A stretch of 64,000 nucleotides of DNA from a virus: positions 9,818 through 73,817 of the IMG/VR virus record IMGVR_UViG_3300032053_000045; one strand, 5' to 3'. Positions 1 through 10,084 of this stretch are shown here, one piece after another. Both the position numbers and the translations under genes were made by a program. Numbering within the stretch: the first letter of the stretch is position 1; the number at the start of each line of letters is the position of its first letter. The notes beneath the pieces were generated by a model, which was not told the DNA's origin, ran no database searches, and worked only from the letters and a program-made list of their open reading frames with translations.

Positions 1-462
1 AAGACATTATTATTGCAGGGAAAAGCAAAGAATTGGTATGCTGGCGGGATCGGAACATATTTAGCTAAAGAGAAAACAGACCTTTCAAAATATCAAGACG
101 TTCAATTGGATGTTTATGGTCACGGAGCCGGGACATTAAAAATTGAATTAGCAGATGATGATAATGGAAATTGGGATTATGAACAAGATCCTAATAATAA
201 TTGGAATCCAATTTATGATGATCGATGGATTTATGAACAGAGGATTGATTGGCGAGGATGGAAAACAGTTAAAATAAACTTTAATGACTTTGTAGACGAT
301 AATCCTTTAGTGGGAGACGATATTTTCAACATTGAACAAGCAAATGGCTCAGGCGGTTTGTTACAAATGCAATTTATTTGCATTGGAAATAAAGCAGATT
401 CTAATTTCACATGTAATATTGACAATATAAATTTAGTTGAGGAAACAAAAGAAGTAAGATAA
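1..462 (+). CDS. Carbohydrate-binding domain protein (CBM11/CIA30-like), 5' truncated by window
   Basis: Frame open from base 1; motifs DLSKYQDVQLDVYG, IDWRGWKTVKINFNDF and C-terminal IDNINLV fit a CBM11-like beta-sandwich. Confidence 0.55.
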   Translation, partial: KTLLLQGKAKNWYAGGIGTYLAKEKTDLSKYQDVQLDVYGHGAGTLKIELADDDNGNWDYEQDPNNNWNPIYDDRWIYEQRIDWRGWKTVKINFNDFVDDNPLVGDDIFNIEQANGSGGLLQMQFICIGNKADSNFTCNIDNINLVEETKEVR

Positions 463-476
463 AGGAGTGAAGTGAA

Positions 477-863
477 ATGAGTTTATTAGAACACGCAGAA
501 AGAGAAATGAAATTAGTCGGTCTTGATAAAGAAGACAGCGAATATAATGGAATGATTTATGATGCAGTTATGAAAATGATGAAAGTTTTTGCCGACGAAG
601 GTCACAGTGGATTTTCTGCAATGAAGGTTTTAGTAATATTTGATCGGTTGGCAAAATTTAAACCATTATCTCCTTTAACAAATGACCCAAAAGAATGGAA
701 TGATGTTTCAGAAATAAGTGGAGGAAATCCGATGTGGCAGAATAATAGAGATAGTGAATGTTTTTCAAAAGACGGTGGAAAAACTTATTATTGTTTAAGT
801 GACAGGGAAAAAATTATTACGGCAAAGAATAAGGAGGAGAAAAATGGTTGCGAAGAAAACTGA
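477..863 (+). CDS. Hypothetical phage protein
   Basis: ORF with AAGGAG RBS; FADEGHSGFSA...PLSPLT..EW motif. Confidence 0.8.
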   Translation: MSLLEHAEREMKLVGLDKEDSEYNGMIYDAVMKMMKVFADEGHSGFSAMKVLVIFDRLAKFKPLSPLTNDPKEWNDVSEISGGNPMWQNNRDSECFSKDGGKTYYCLSDREKIITAKNKEEKNGCEEN

Positions 864-1107
864 AAGTAAAGATTTAAAAGAATTACAAGTAGAGGTTCAG
901 GATTTGGAAGTTCAGAAATCTCGGCTCACGGAAGAAATCGGAGCGGCGGAAATAAAAATAAAAGAGCTTTCCTTAAAACAACAGCAAATTGTTACAATAA
1001 TTAATCAAGCTGTTTTAGACGCTTATAAGGCCCAAGCTTTTCCTGGGAATATTGTTGTTCCTTCGGGAGGTAACGCTCAGTTTGGGGACAAACAAATAAA
1101 ATTTTAA
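844..1107 (+). CDS. Coiled-coil hypothetical protein
   Basis: ATG at 844 follows AAGGAGG, preferred over the GTG at 799; heptad-like LEVQKSRLTEEI. Confidence 0.7.
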   Translation: MVAKKTESKDLKELQVEVQDLEVQKSRLTEEIGAAEIKIKELSLKQQQIVTIINQAVLDAYKAQAFPGNIVVPSGGNAQFGDKQIKF

Positions 1108-1114
1108 GCCTCTT

Positions 1115-1468
1115 ATGAAGAAAAACATCAAAATACGCTGTATTAAAGGAATTCCTTGTAATACAGAAGTAAAAATCAACAATAAAATCCTTACCAATTA
1201 TGCGATTCTTCGCTACAAAGAAACTTCAAAAGAAAAAAAGTTAATTATTGTTACATTTGACGCTAATGGAAAAGAACATCAAGAAATATTTGAAGAAAAT
1301 TTTGATTTTGTATTATACAGTCCCAAGAAAATAATTAAAATTGTGGTGAAGAATAATAAAACCACAGTTTATTACAAAAGCAAAAAACTTTCAAATATAA
1401 CTAGTATTCTTTGGGAAGTTGAAGTACCAGATATCTCCTCAATAGAATTACAATGGGGACAAGATTAA
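1115..1468 (+). CDS. Hypothetical protein
   Basis: ORF in co-directional run. Confidence 0.65.
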   Translation: MKKNIKIRCIKGIPCNTEVKINNKILTNYAILRYKETSKEKKLIIVTFDANGKEHQEIFEENFDFVLYSPKKIIKIVVKNNKTTVYYKSKKLSNITSILWEVEVPDISSIELQWGQD

Positions 1469-1483
1469 ATTTTTAATTCGGAG

Positions 1484-1672
1484 GTGAATATGAATATTCT
1501 AAAAGCAATTTGGCAGTTTTTGGATGGTAAAAAAGTTTATATTGGTACGGTTGCATTATTTTGTGTTGGTGGATTACTCTATTTAGGATTGATTGATGCT
1601 AAAACAGCGGCAGCATGGGCTTTAATTATTGGGTCTTTGACTGGAGCCGCAATGAGATTAGCGATTTCGTAG
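1484..1672 (+). CDS. Small two-TM membrane protein, holin-like
   Basis: GGAGG RBS; FLDGKKVYIG followed by two hydrophobic segments. Confidence 0.55.
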   Translation: MNMNILKAIWQFLDGKKVYIGTVALFCVGGLLYLGLIDAKTAAAWALIIGSLTGAAMRLAIS

Positions 1673-1695
1673 TTTATTAAAAGTGAGGTGAAAAA

Positions 1696-1875
1696 ATGAA
1701 TTCAGAAGAAAAAACAGTTAAGGTTACGGAAACAGATGCTGAACAGTCCCAGTCTCAACAGCCTTTAACAAAAGATCAGCAAATTGCTAATGTTTTCAAT
1801 CAAATGCTCCAACTTGTCGTGAGAGAAATAAACATTGGGTATTCAAATATTAATGCTATTTTGTCGGGAAAATAA
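1696..1875 (+). CDS. Small hypothetical protein (59 aa, below ORF-track cutoff)
   Basis: GAGGTG RBS, ATG 1696, TAA 1873-1875; MNSEEKTVKV...AILSGK. Confidence 0.65.
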   Translation: MNSEEKTVKVTETDAEQSQSQQPLTKDQQIANVFNQMLQLVVREINIGYSNINAILSGK

Positions 1876-1904
1876 TTGTACTTGAAAAGTAAAGGAGGTT
1901 AAAA

Positions 1905-2282
1905 ATGTCAAGAAGCATCTACCACTCCGGATATTGTTTTATTATTCCCGGTGAAGAAGAAAGAATTCTCATCAAAGACTATAATGATGAAGAATTTCTT
2001 AAAATGGGAGTTGACAGAATTCCTGCTAAAAATGATATTCGTTATTATGATAAGTTTGATCGCTGTGGAAATATCATAGAGAAAAATCATTTTATTGTTG
2101 AGGAGATAATTAGTATAGATGTTATAGATATTAAGAAGCATTCCGGATATGACGAGAAAAATGAGTGGCAAGAAGATATTGACGCGACGGTAAAAGTCAA
2201 GTATAACAATAAGCTTTTCAAAAATCGTTCGGAGATTATTTGGGAACCGGCTTCAACAGTTTTAGACACAAACGCAAAGTAG
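1905..2282 (+). CDS. Hypothetical protein
   Basis: AAGGAGG RBS. Confidence 0.75.
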   Translation: MSRSIYHSGYCFIIPGEEERILIKDYNDEEFLKMGVDRIPAKNDIRYYDKFDRCGNIIEKNHFIVEEIISIDVIDIKKHSGYDEKNEWQEDIDATVKVKYNNKLFKNRSEIIWEPASTVLDTNAK

Positions 2283-2321
2283 AAACGGGGCTGGGGTGCA
2301 GAAAAAGGAGAGGAAATAAAA

Positions 2322-2783
2322 ATGAATGATTTAGTACCATTTTTTGACGTTAATCGTAAATTTGATACTATTATGCAGGAAATGTTGTCGTTCCAAAACG
2401 ATATGTTTTCCGACCAGTTTTTCGCAACCCCAAAAAAATTATGGAAAAGTAGTTCATTGCCAAAAATAAACGTGAAAGAGACAAAGACCGAATATATTGT
2501 AGAGGCTAACGTTGCGGGTTTCCGTAAAGAAGATATAGCCATATTTGTTGAAGATAAGCATTTATGTATTGCCAGTAAACAAAGTGATGAAAAAGTTGTT
2601 GAGAATGAAAATGAAGGCTATGTCTTTAAAGAGTTATCAAGTAAAGCATTTCGACGTGTCATCCCATTTCCCAAGAACATTGATGAAGAAAAAATTATTG
2701 CAACTCTTGAGAATGGGTTTTTGACAGTCAAAATACCAAAAGCTTCTACAAAAGATAAGTCAAGAGAGATAAAAATTATTTAA
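2322..2783 (+). CDS. Small heat-shock protein (Hsp20/alpha-crystallin)
   Basis: PKINVKET..EYIVEANVAGF.KEDI.I, F.R.IPFP.NID...I.A.LENG.L.V.IPK. Confidence 0.93.
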   Translation: MNDLVPFFDVNRKFDTIMQEMLSFQNDMFSDQFFATPKKLWKSSSLPKINVKETKTEYIVEANVAGFRKEDIAIFVEDKHLCIASKQSDEKVVENENEGYVFKELSSKAFRRVIPFPKNIDEEKIIATLENGFLTVKIPKASTKDKSREIKII

Positions 2784-2828
2784 ACGTCAAGCTCCCAGCC
2801 CCATAAAATTTTTCAAGGAGAAGAAAAC

Positions 2829-3098
2829 ATGAAATTTGATTTAAGTCAAGAGGAGAAAGTAAATACGTCTAATATGTTTTATTATTTAAAAGTATTTTTT
2901 GAATCAGAAGAAGGTAAAGGAATTAAAAGTATAGATCAGGTATTAATAAAGATTGGATCTGAAAATTATTTCAAAATATTACCAGAATTAACAGACGATG
3001 TTATTCATGAAAGCAAATTTAGGGGGTTCAGATTTACCATTGATACCGATTTAGAAAAACATGAAATAGAAATATTAAAGGAAAAAGTAATTTGTTAG
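2829..3098 (+). CDS. Hypothetical protein
   Basis: AAGGAG RBS, co-directional. Confidence 0.7.
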   Translation: MKFDLSQEEKVNTSNMFYYLKVFFESEEGKGIKSIDQVLIKIGSENYFKILPELTDDVIHESKFRGFRFTIDTDLEKHEIEILKEKVIC

Positions 3099-4123
3099 AC
3101 GAGAAGAAATATACTTTTTGCTACCCCCCAACTCTTGACTGGAACGTCATGACACAGCGACCCCAGGGACTAATGACGGCTTTTGCAGAATTAGGTCATA
3201 AAGTTTATTATTGCCAGAATTTTCAACAAAGAAAAGGAATCAAGCCATATGAGATTAAAAAAAATCTTTTCATTTGTCCAGATCCAAATTTAATTGAAGA
3301 CAATATAGATATTCTTTGGATTGGTAATCCTGGAATACAAAACGAATGGATAGGAAAATATAAAGAGAAATTAGTAGTTTATGATTGTGTAGATGATTTT
3401 TACAAGTTTTGGGGAAGCAATGAGGACATGTTGACTCGAAAAGCTGATATTATAATCACTACTAGTAAAATACTTTATGACAGAAAGATAAAACAAAAGG
3501 GTGAAGACGTTTATTTGATTTCTAACGGATTTAATGAAGACTTTCTAAATGTTGATAATAAACCTTTTCTTGAAGACTTATCAAAATATGAAGGTAAAAT
3601 TAAAATTGGTTATATCGGGGCATTAGCAAATTGGTTCGATTATGAGTTATTATTTAATCTAGCTTTTCTGTTTAACAAATATGAATTCATTTTGATTGGT
3701 CAAGAATTTCATACAATGCCAGAAGGCATCAAACAAGAGGGATATAAAAACATTCATTGGCTTGGGTTGAAACCCCACTCCCAATTAAAGTATTATATAA
3801 ATGCTATGGATGTATGTATAATACCTTTCAAAAAAAATGAGATAACAGAAGCTACTGATCCAGTTAAATTGTATGAATATTTGGCCGTTGGCAAACCAGT
3901 TGTAGCAACAAGACTAACAACAATAAAGAATTTTGAGTCTCACGTTTATCTTGCAGAAGGATTTAAAGAGTTCACGGAAAAAATTAATATCGCTATGTCC
4001 GAAAGAAAAGAAGTAGACGTTAATTTAAGAAAAAATTATATTAAACAATTTACGTGGAAGTACAGAGCACAAGAAGCTATTAAAATATTGAATGAATTAA
4101 ATAGGTTCACAATAGAGATTTGA
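3092..4123 (+). CDS. Glycosyltransferase, GT-B fold (GT4-like)
   Basis: QRPQ.L...FA..GH.V, VYDCVDD, IGYIGAL..WFD, DVCIIPF...P.KLYEYLAVGKPVV. Confidence 0.9.
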   Translation: MLDEKKYTFCYPPTLDWNVMTQRPQGLMTAFAELGHKVYYCQNFQQRKGIKPYEIKKNLFICPDPNLIEDNIDILWIGNPGIQNEWIGKYKEKLVVYDCVDDFYKFWGSNEDMLTRKADIIITTSKILYDRKIKQKGEDVYLISNGFNEDFLNVDNKPFLEDLSKYEGKIKIGYIGALANWFDYELLFNLAFLFNKYEFILIGQEFHTMPEGIKQEGYKNIHWLGLKPHSQLKYYINAMDVCIIPFKKNEITEATDPVKLYEYLAVGKPVVATRLTTIKNFESHVYLAEGFKEFTEKINIAMSERKEVDVNLRKNYIKQFTWKYRAQEAIKILNELNRFTIEI

Positions 4124-4124
4124 C

Positions 4125-4766
4125 ATGATAGATCATTACAAATGGAGACAGAGATTTCCTAGTGATAATGTGGTTTCAAAAGAACTCGTCGAGAATTTAA
4201 ACACCACATATCAAAGTAAAGCTAAAGTATCTGTTGAAATCCATCGGAACGGAATAGAATCAGCAAGAATAAATTGGTTTTTAGCTAACATAAATGGTAG
4301 AATACTTGATATTGGATGTGCTGATGGAGTCATATTATTTGAAGCCGCCAGAAGAGGATTTGAAATTGTAGGGGTTGATATTGTTGATGCTTGTTTGGAA
4401 AGAGCTAAAGAATTTCTTTCAAAAGAATCTGAAGAAGTTAGAAATAAAATTTCAATACAGAAAGCTTGGTCTGAAGAATTGCCATTTTTTGATATGAGTT
4501 TTAATACAGTTGTTTTGGCAGAAACATTAGAGCATGTAAGTGACCCTATAAAAACTTTGCAAGAAGCTCATAGAGTTTTGATTAATGGTGGCAAAATTCT
4601 GATATCAGTTCCTAATGGAGATAGCTTCTTTCCCAGCCATTTTAGACATTATAATAGAGAAGAAATATTAAAACAAGTAGGGAAATATTTTAATTGCTCT
4701 GTTGACGATAATGTTATTACGAAAAGATGGCAATTCATTAAGGGAAAAAAGGAGAGTAAAGAGTGA
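4125..4766 (+). CDS. Class I SAM-dependent methyltransferase
   Basis: ILDIGCADG, GVDI, LPF.D.SF..V..ETLEHV.DP...L.E..RVL..GG.....VP. Confidence 0.92.
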   Translation: MIDHYKWRQRFPSDNVVSKELVENLNTTYQSKAKVSVEIHRNGIESARINWFLANINGRILDIGCADGVILFEAARRGFEIVGVDIVDACLERAKEFLSKESEEVRNKISIQKAWSEELPFFDMSFNTVVLAETLEHVSDPIKTLQEAHRVLINGGKILISVPNGDSFFPSHFRHYNREEILKQVGKYFNCSVDDNVITKRWQFIKGKKESKE

Positions 4767-5746
4767 TTGGACTTGTGGGATATTACGGCTGGAGTAATTA
4801 TGGGGACGATATTTTTCTTGAGACGTGGAGAGAAAAATTAGGATTTCATAGAGCAGTTTCTATCACTCCATATGATAATTTAGATGGCTTTGATAAAATT
4901 ATTATTGGGGGCGGAGATTTAATATGGGATGTTGTTTTTAATAATAATTATTTTAATGAGAAATGGTATGAAAATGGAAAGAAAGTTTATATTTATGGAA
5001 TAGGAGTAGCAGATCCGTCAATAAAGAAATTTAAAAATGAGAACACTTTTAAGCTATATAAAAATTTCTTTTCAAAAGCCTCATATGTTTCGGCAAGGGA
5101 TATTTTAAGTTGTAATTGGATTAGAGATGTTTTGGATATTAAAAATGTTGAATTAGTTGAAGACATAGCGTGGAATTATGAGAGTAAAATTAGTGAGCCA
5201 AAAGAAAAAGGTAGTGTTGGCATAACTTATAGACGTAATGAATTGTATTCTTTTAGAGAGATGTCTTCTTTGATTATTAATTTGATTGATAGAAGTAAAG
5301 ATAGCGACAAGAGTAAAAACATTAAATTTATACCTTTACAAACTGGTTTTTATAATACTATTTCTTTACACAATTCTTTAAAGGAAGAAATTGTTAGAAG
5401 TGTTAGTTATGCTAATATAAATAGCATGCCCATTCAATATGACACCCAGCATAAATATTCGTATATTAGATCATGTGATTATTATATTACTTGTGCTTTT
5501 CACGGTTTAGTTACTGCATTAAAAGAAAGAGTGCCTGTTTTATGTTTGTTACATTCTAATAAGGCAAAGCAATTAGCTGCAAAAATTAAAATGCCAGAAA
5601 TTATCGTTAATAAAAATAATTTATATAATATGGTGACTCATTTATTTTCTCCAGATTATACCTATAATAATGATATATTAAATAAATTAGAAAATGATGC
5701 CAAGGTTCAAATGAACAGTTTTATTCAGAAATACATTAATAATTAA
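4763..5746 (+). CDS. Polysaccharide pyruvyl transferase family protein
   Basis: GYYG..NYGDD, IIIGGGDL, YGIGV, VSARD..S, AFHG. Confidence 0.85.
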   Translation: MIGLVGYYGWSNYGDDIFLETWREKLGFHRAVSITPYDNLDGFDKIIIGGGDLIWDVVFNNNYFNEKWYENGKKVYIYGIGVADPSIKKFKNENTFKLYKNFFSKASYVSARDILSCNWIRDVLDIKNVELVEDIAWNYESKISEPKEKGSVGITYRRNELYSFREMSSLIINLIDRSKDSDKSKNIKFIPLQTGFYNTISLHNSLKEEIVRSVSYANINSMPIQYDTQHKYSYIRSCDYYITCAFHGLVTALKERVPVLCLLHSNKAKQLAAKIKMPEIIVNKNNLYNMVTHLFSPDYTYNNDILNKLENDAKVQMNSFIQKYINN

Positions 5747-5749
5747 GGA

Positions 5750-6751
5750 GTGCACAAAGTGAAGATTGTATTTTTTGATTCTACAGTAATGCATAAATAT
5801 TGGACCGCATCTTTGAATGAGCTAGAAATAAATCACATTTCATTACTCAAGGATAATGAAGATTTTGAAAAAGTTAGAGATACTTTAGAAAAGTTTAATC
5901 CTGATATTCTTATAGGCTCTGTATTAATAAATCCTAAGAAACTTTCTTATTACGAAAAAATTAAGCAATGGGGAAAACAAAATAACAAATGTCTTGCTTG
6001 GATTACAACACAAGATCCTAATTTTAACTTTGCCACTTGTAAACAAGCATTAGGCTATGACTATGTATTTACTTGTGCTAGTGAATGTGTTGAAGATTAT
6101 AAAAAAATAGGATGTGAAAAAGTCGGGATAGTTCCTTTGGGTTATAATCCTCTATGGAGTAAATATTCTAAAGAAGAAAAAATATATGACGTGGTTTTGT
6201 TAGGCAATTATTATCTACCATCTATTGAAAGAGAATGTTATGAAAAGAAAGTAGATAGACATCAGATAAAGCCTGGATACAAAAACATAATTAGGCCACT
6301 CATCAAAAATGGGTATAATGTTAAAATTTGGGGCCACAAAGATAATTGGTTAAAGTCTGGTTTTGTCTCTGAGAATAACTTAATGGATTACATTTTGTAT
6401 ACACGTCATGCAGAAATTTATAACAAGGCCAAGATTTGTATTTCAATAAATTCTAACCAATATAGTCCGACTATGATGAGTTGGAGAGCTTACGAAATAC
6501 CCGCTTGTAAAGCTTTTTGCTTAAGTGCCTGGAGCAAGGCTACAGAAAATGTATTTACCGACGGAAAAGATTTAGTTATTTCAAATTCCCCAGAAGATAC
6601 TTTAAGATTAGTAGATAAATATTTAAATAATGACACTGAAAGAGATAGAATTGCTAATAATGGATATGAAGCTGTCAAAGATAAGCATTCGGTAAAACAA
6701 AGAATCATCGACATGCTGAAATTCATAGACGAAAACGGAGGAAAGCTGTAG
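5750..6751 (+). CDS. CgeB-like glycosyltransferase
   Basis: YDVVLLG, YN.AKI..SIN....R.YEI.AC..F, YL.ND.ER..IA.NG. Confidence 0.85.
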   Translation: MHKVKIVFFDSTVMHKYWTASLNELEINHISLLKDNEDFEKVRDTLEKFNPDILIGSVLINPKKLSYYEKIKQWGKQNNKCLAWITTQDPNFNFATCKQALGYDYVFTCASECVEDYKKIGCEKVGIVPLGYNPLWSKYSKEEKIYDVVLLGNYYLPSIERECYEKKVDRHQIKPGYKNIIRPLIKNGYNVKIWGHKDNWLKSGFVSENNLMDYILYTRHAEIYNKAKICISINSNQYSPTMMSWRAYEIPACKAFCLSAWSKATENVFTDGKDLVISNSPEDTLRLVDKYLNNDTERDRIANNGYEAVKDKHSVKQRIIDMLKFIDENGGKL

Positions 6752-7926
6752 TGAAAGTTTGTGTTATTGGTCTCGGGTATGTTGGTCTTCCTCTATCAGT
6801 TTTATTAGCGGAAATTGGGTGTGAAATTATCGGAGTAGACACCAATAAAGAATTAATTGCTAAAATAAATTCCGGTGTTTGTATGATTCATGAAACTGAA
6901 TTAGAGGAAAGATTAAAAATGGTTATTGCTTTGAATAAACTAAAAGTTCAGGAGTCTCCAGAAAATGCTGACATTTTTGTTTTCTCGGTTCAAACACCTC
7001 TATTAAATGGGAAACCAAATTTAGATTATCTAAACAAAGCATTTAATTCGGTGAAACCTTTCATCAAAAAAGATAACTTACTTATTATCGAATCCACTTG
7101 TCCTGTTGGTACAAGCAGATTTTTATACGATAAATATCTTGATAATAACTCAGATTATCAATTAGCATATTGTCCAGAGAGAATACTTCCGGGGGATATA
7201 ATGAATGAGCTTGTTATCAATGACAGAGTGATTGGAGGTATAGATGAAGTTTCAACAAATAAAGCTATAGATTTTTATAAATTATTTTGCAAAGGGATGT
7301 TATTAGAAACAACAGCTGAAACTGCTGAATTTGTGAAGCTAATTGAAAATACCTATCGTGATGTTAATATTGCTTTCGCCAATGAATTAGAGAAAATAGC
7401 GAAAGAAAAAAATATTAATTGCTTTGAGGCTATAAGTCTAGCTAATAAACATCCACGGGTCAATATCCATTATCCTGGAATTGGAGTCGGCGGACATTGC
7501 ATCCCTAAAGATCCTGTTTTATTAACATATGATTCTGATAGTGCTAAACTTATAAAAACTGCAAGAAAAATAAATAAAAATAAACCTAAAGAAATTGTTT
7601 CGCGAATAAATGAATTTTATAAAATGAATATAGGTTCATTTGAAAAATCAAGAATTGATATAGGTATTCTTGGACTTGCATATAAGCCAAACACAAATGA
7701 TTTTAGAGAATCACCTGCGATAGAGATAATGAATCAGCTTCAAAATATGCAGTGTTTCAATATCAAATTTCATGATCCTTTTATAACAGATTGTAATTCA
7801 ATTGAAGAGATAAAAAAATGTGATATTGTTGTTTTATTAGTTGGTCACAAAGATTATCTTTCTATAAATAAAGAACTGAAAGACACAAAGGGCGTTAATT
7901 TTATAAATTTTGCAGGGGACAAGTAA
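6751..7926 (+). CDS. wecC: Nucleotide-sugar dehydrogenase (UDP-ManNAc dehydrogenase-like)
   Basis: GLGYVGLP, ESTCPVG, CPERILPG, KLIENTYRDVNIAFANEL, PG.GVGGHCIP.DP, GLAYKPN..D.RESP. Confidence 0.88.
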   Translation: MKVCVIGLGYVGLPLSVLLAEIGCEIIGVDTNKELIAKINSGVCMIHETELEERLKMVIALNKLKVQESPENADIFVFSVQTPLLNGKPNLDYLNKAFNSVKPFIKKDNLLIIESTCPVGTSRFLYDKYLDNNSDYQLAYCPERILPGDIMNELVINDRVIGGIDEVSTNKAIDFYKLFCKGMLLETTAETAEFVKLIENTYRDVNIAFANELEKIAKEKNINCFEAISLANKHPRVNIHYPGIGVGGHCIPKDPVLLTYDSDSAKLIKTARKINKNKPKEIVSRINEFYKMNIGSFEKSRIDIGILGLAYKPNTNDFRESPAIEIMNQLQNMQCFNIKFHDPFITDCNSIEEIKKCDIVVLLVGHKDYLSINKELKDTKGVNFINFAGDK

Positions 7927-8603
7927 TGACAATCAATAGATATATTAAATTATCCGATCCAAAAGTTTTAGAATTGAAAGGACTACTGTTAACAGATTGG
8001 TCAAGACCATACGAATATCTTTATATGGAGAGTTTAATAAAAGATCCTAAAGGCATTGCAGTAGATGTAGGAAGTGGGGAACCAGAAAAATATCCCTTTC
8101 CTTTTGTTTTAACAGAAAAATATGAAAGAGTTTATGGAGTGGATGTAAGAAGAATTATTAATCATAAAGTAGTAAAGAAAGTTACTTATAAAATAGCTGA
8201 AGCATGGAAAATGCCATTTGAATCAGGAAAGATAAATGCCGTGTTTTGTATTTCTGTTCTAGAACATTTTAAAGAAAAAGATATTATAGCCAGCGCAGAA
8301 GAATTTGCTAGAGTATCTGCTCCAGGAAGTTATCTTTATTTGTCTTTTATGATTTCTAATGATATTAATAAACCATCTCCTTCTTGTAATTTTTTTGAAC
8401 ATCAAATAAACGGTAAAGGCATATTTTGTGGAGAAAAATATGGTGTTTCACCTCAGTGTAAGATTCAAGTTACTCCTCAAAAAATGCTATCTTATTTTGA
8501 ACCTTATTTTGTTTTAGACGGAGAAACAAATTATGATAAACCAAACGATATTTTAACAAGTGCAAATCGATTGACATTTTGCTGCAGATTAAAAAAGATA
8601 TAA
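7926..8603 (+). CDS. SAM-dependent methyltransferase
   Basis: WSRPYEY, VDVGSG, FCISVLEH. Confidence 0.8.
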   Translation: MTINRYIKLSDPKVLELKGLLLTDWSRPYEYLYMESLIKDPKGIAVDVGSGEPEKYPFPFVLTEKYERVYGVDVRRIINHKVVKKVTYKIAEAWKMPFESGKINAVFCISVLEHFKEKDIIASAEEFARVSAPGSYLYLSFMISNDINKPSPSCNFFEHQINGKGIFCGEKYGVSPQCKIQVTPQKMLSYFEPYFVLDGETNYDKPNDILTSANRLTFCCRLKKI

Positions 8604-9319
8604 TGAGTATAATCGTCGGTTGTCCCATTAGAAATCGTAAATGGACTTTGCTTAAGTATTTGGAAGCTATCTATAATATTGATTATCCCAAAAAAGATCT
8701 GCTAATCTGTTTTCTCGTGAACGATTCCACAGACGGAACTTTAAAATATTTGAATTCATTAGATTTCAGGCAATATAATTTAGCTATAGTAAAAGAAAAA
8801 AATTATAATTTCGAGTCTTGTGAAAGAGAATTAGGAAGAAATACTGATAAATTTTTGCATTTTGCTCAAGTTAGAAATGATTGGATTAGTTTGTTCAAGG
8901 ATATACCAAATGTTACTCATGTATTTTCTATAGATAGTGACGTGTTGGTCCCTAAAAATTCATTGAGAAAGCTACTGAAGAATAATGTTGATATTTGTTC
9001 CGCTTTAGTAATTAACTCAGATAAAAAAAATGGCTACGGAAAAGACATAACAAATATTTTTAATTTCAGTAAAGAAAGAGAATGTTATGAGAATCTAATG
9101 GAATATCCCAAAAAGAGTTTATTTGAGTGTGATGTGACGGGTTCTTGTATTTTATACACAAAAAAGGTAATTGATAGTATTCAATATCAAGCACATCCTT
9201 TGGGCGAGGACTTCGGTTTTTGTTGTGCATCTCATCAGAGAGGATTTAAAGTTTGGGTAGATACAACAATCGAGACGAAACATGTAATGAAAAAAGAAGA
9301 TTTGGGAAGAATTTTTTAG
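8603..9319 (+). CDS. Glycosyltransferase family 2
   Basis: ATG overlaps upstream stop (TAATG); PIRNR, VNDSTD.T, DSD (DxD), GEDFGFC. Confidence 0.85.
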   Translation: MSIIVGCPIRNRKWTLLKYLEAIYNIDYPKKDLLICFLVNDSTDGTLKYLNSLDFRQYNLAIVKEKNYNFESCERELGRNTDKFLHFAQVRNDWISLFKDIPNVTHVFSIDSDVLVPKNSLRKLLKNNVDICSALVINSDKKNGYGKDITNIFNFSKERECYENLMEYPKKSLFECDVTGSCILYTKKVIDSIQYQAHPLGEDFGFCCASHQRGFKVWVDTTIETKHVMKKEDLGRIF

Positions 9320-9345
9320 AAAAATAAATTAGAGGAGGAATAAAA

Positions 9346-10029
9346 ATGGCACGAACTGGGGCTGGAACAACTACTGGAGGAAGTATTACACAAGCTGTAT
9401 CATCTGCCGGAGTAGCAGCAAATTCTATGGTTACGGTTATTAATACAAGTGATCCTGGTGAAATTGCAGGAGGAGCGGTCGTCGAGTATATTACAAAATC
9501 AGCAGGGGTCGGTTTCCAATTGAATTATAGTTCACCGGTAGAAAATACATGTGGATTTGATTTTTTAAATGCAGGCGTAAGAACAGGAACAGGAACAATT
9601 CCTGCAGGATCTGATTCTGTTGTTGTAGCGAGTGCAGGAGTTGGGGCTGGTACTATAGTGAAAGTAATGTTGACAAGTAATGCAGCGGAGGAAGCAGGTG
9701 GAGCTGTTGTTGAGCATATAATCAAGGATAATGGAGTAGGATTTACGCTTAATATGACAAATGCCGTTCAAAACGCAACGACGTTTGATTATTTGGTAGT
9801 CGCAAGAACTGGGTCAGGAACAATTCCGGCGGGAATGGAAGATTATTATGTTGCTGCTCCAACTGTGGCATCTGATTCAATGATTGACGTTATGCTTACA
9901 AGTAATCCTGGTGATAATGTTGGGGGTGGCGCGGTTGAAGTTGTATATAAAGTACCAGGGTATGGGTTTACTATAGAATTACTCGCAGCTGTACAAAATG
10001 CTACGGGATTTGATTACAAAATTGGATAA
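9346..10029 (+). CDS. Three-repeat beta-rich protein, possible virion decoration
   Basis: GAGGAGG RBS; three ~75-aa repeats RTG.GT...GG(A/G)AVE...K..G.GF......V.N...FD(Y/F). Confidence 0.8.
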   Translation: MARTGAGTTTGGSITQAVSSAGVAANSMVTVINTSDPGEIAGGAVVEYITKSAGVGFQLNYSSPVENTCGFDFLNAGVRTGTGTIPAGSDSVVVASAGVGAGTIVKVMLTSNAAEEAGGAVVEHIIKDNGVGFTLNMTNAVQNATTFDYLVVARTGSGTIPAGMEDYYVAAPTVASDSMIDVMLTSNPGDNVGGGAVEVVYKVPGYGFTIELLAAVQNATGFDYKIG

Positions 10030-10031
10030 TT

Positions 10032-10075
10032 GGCTGGGTGCCTTGAACACCCGGCCTTAATACCTTTCAAGGAGG
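10032..10075 (+). promoter_or_regulatory. RBS-masking pseudoknot upstream of HEG (short form)
   Basis: Stem ggctgggtg/cacccggcc; loop ccttgaa is the exact complement of ttcaagg (10066-72), which overlaps GGAGG. Confidence 0.75.
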
Positions 10076-10084
10076 TAAATAAAA

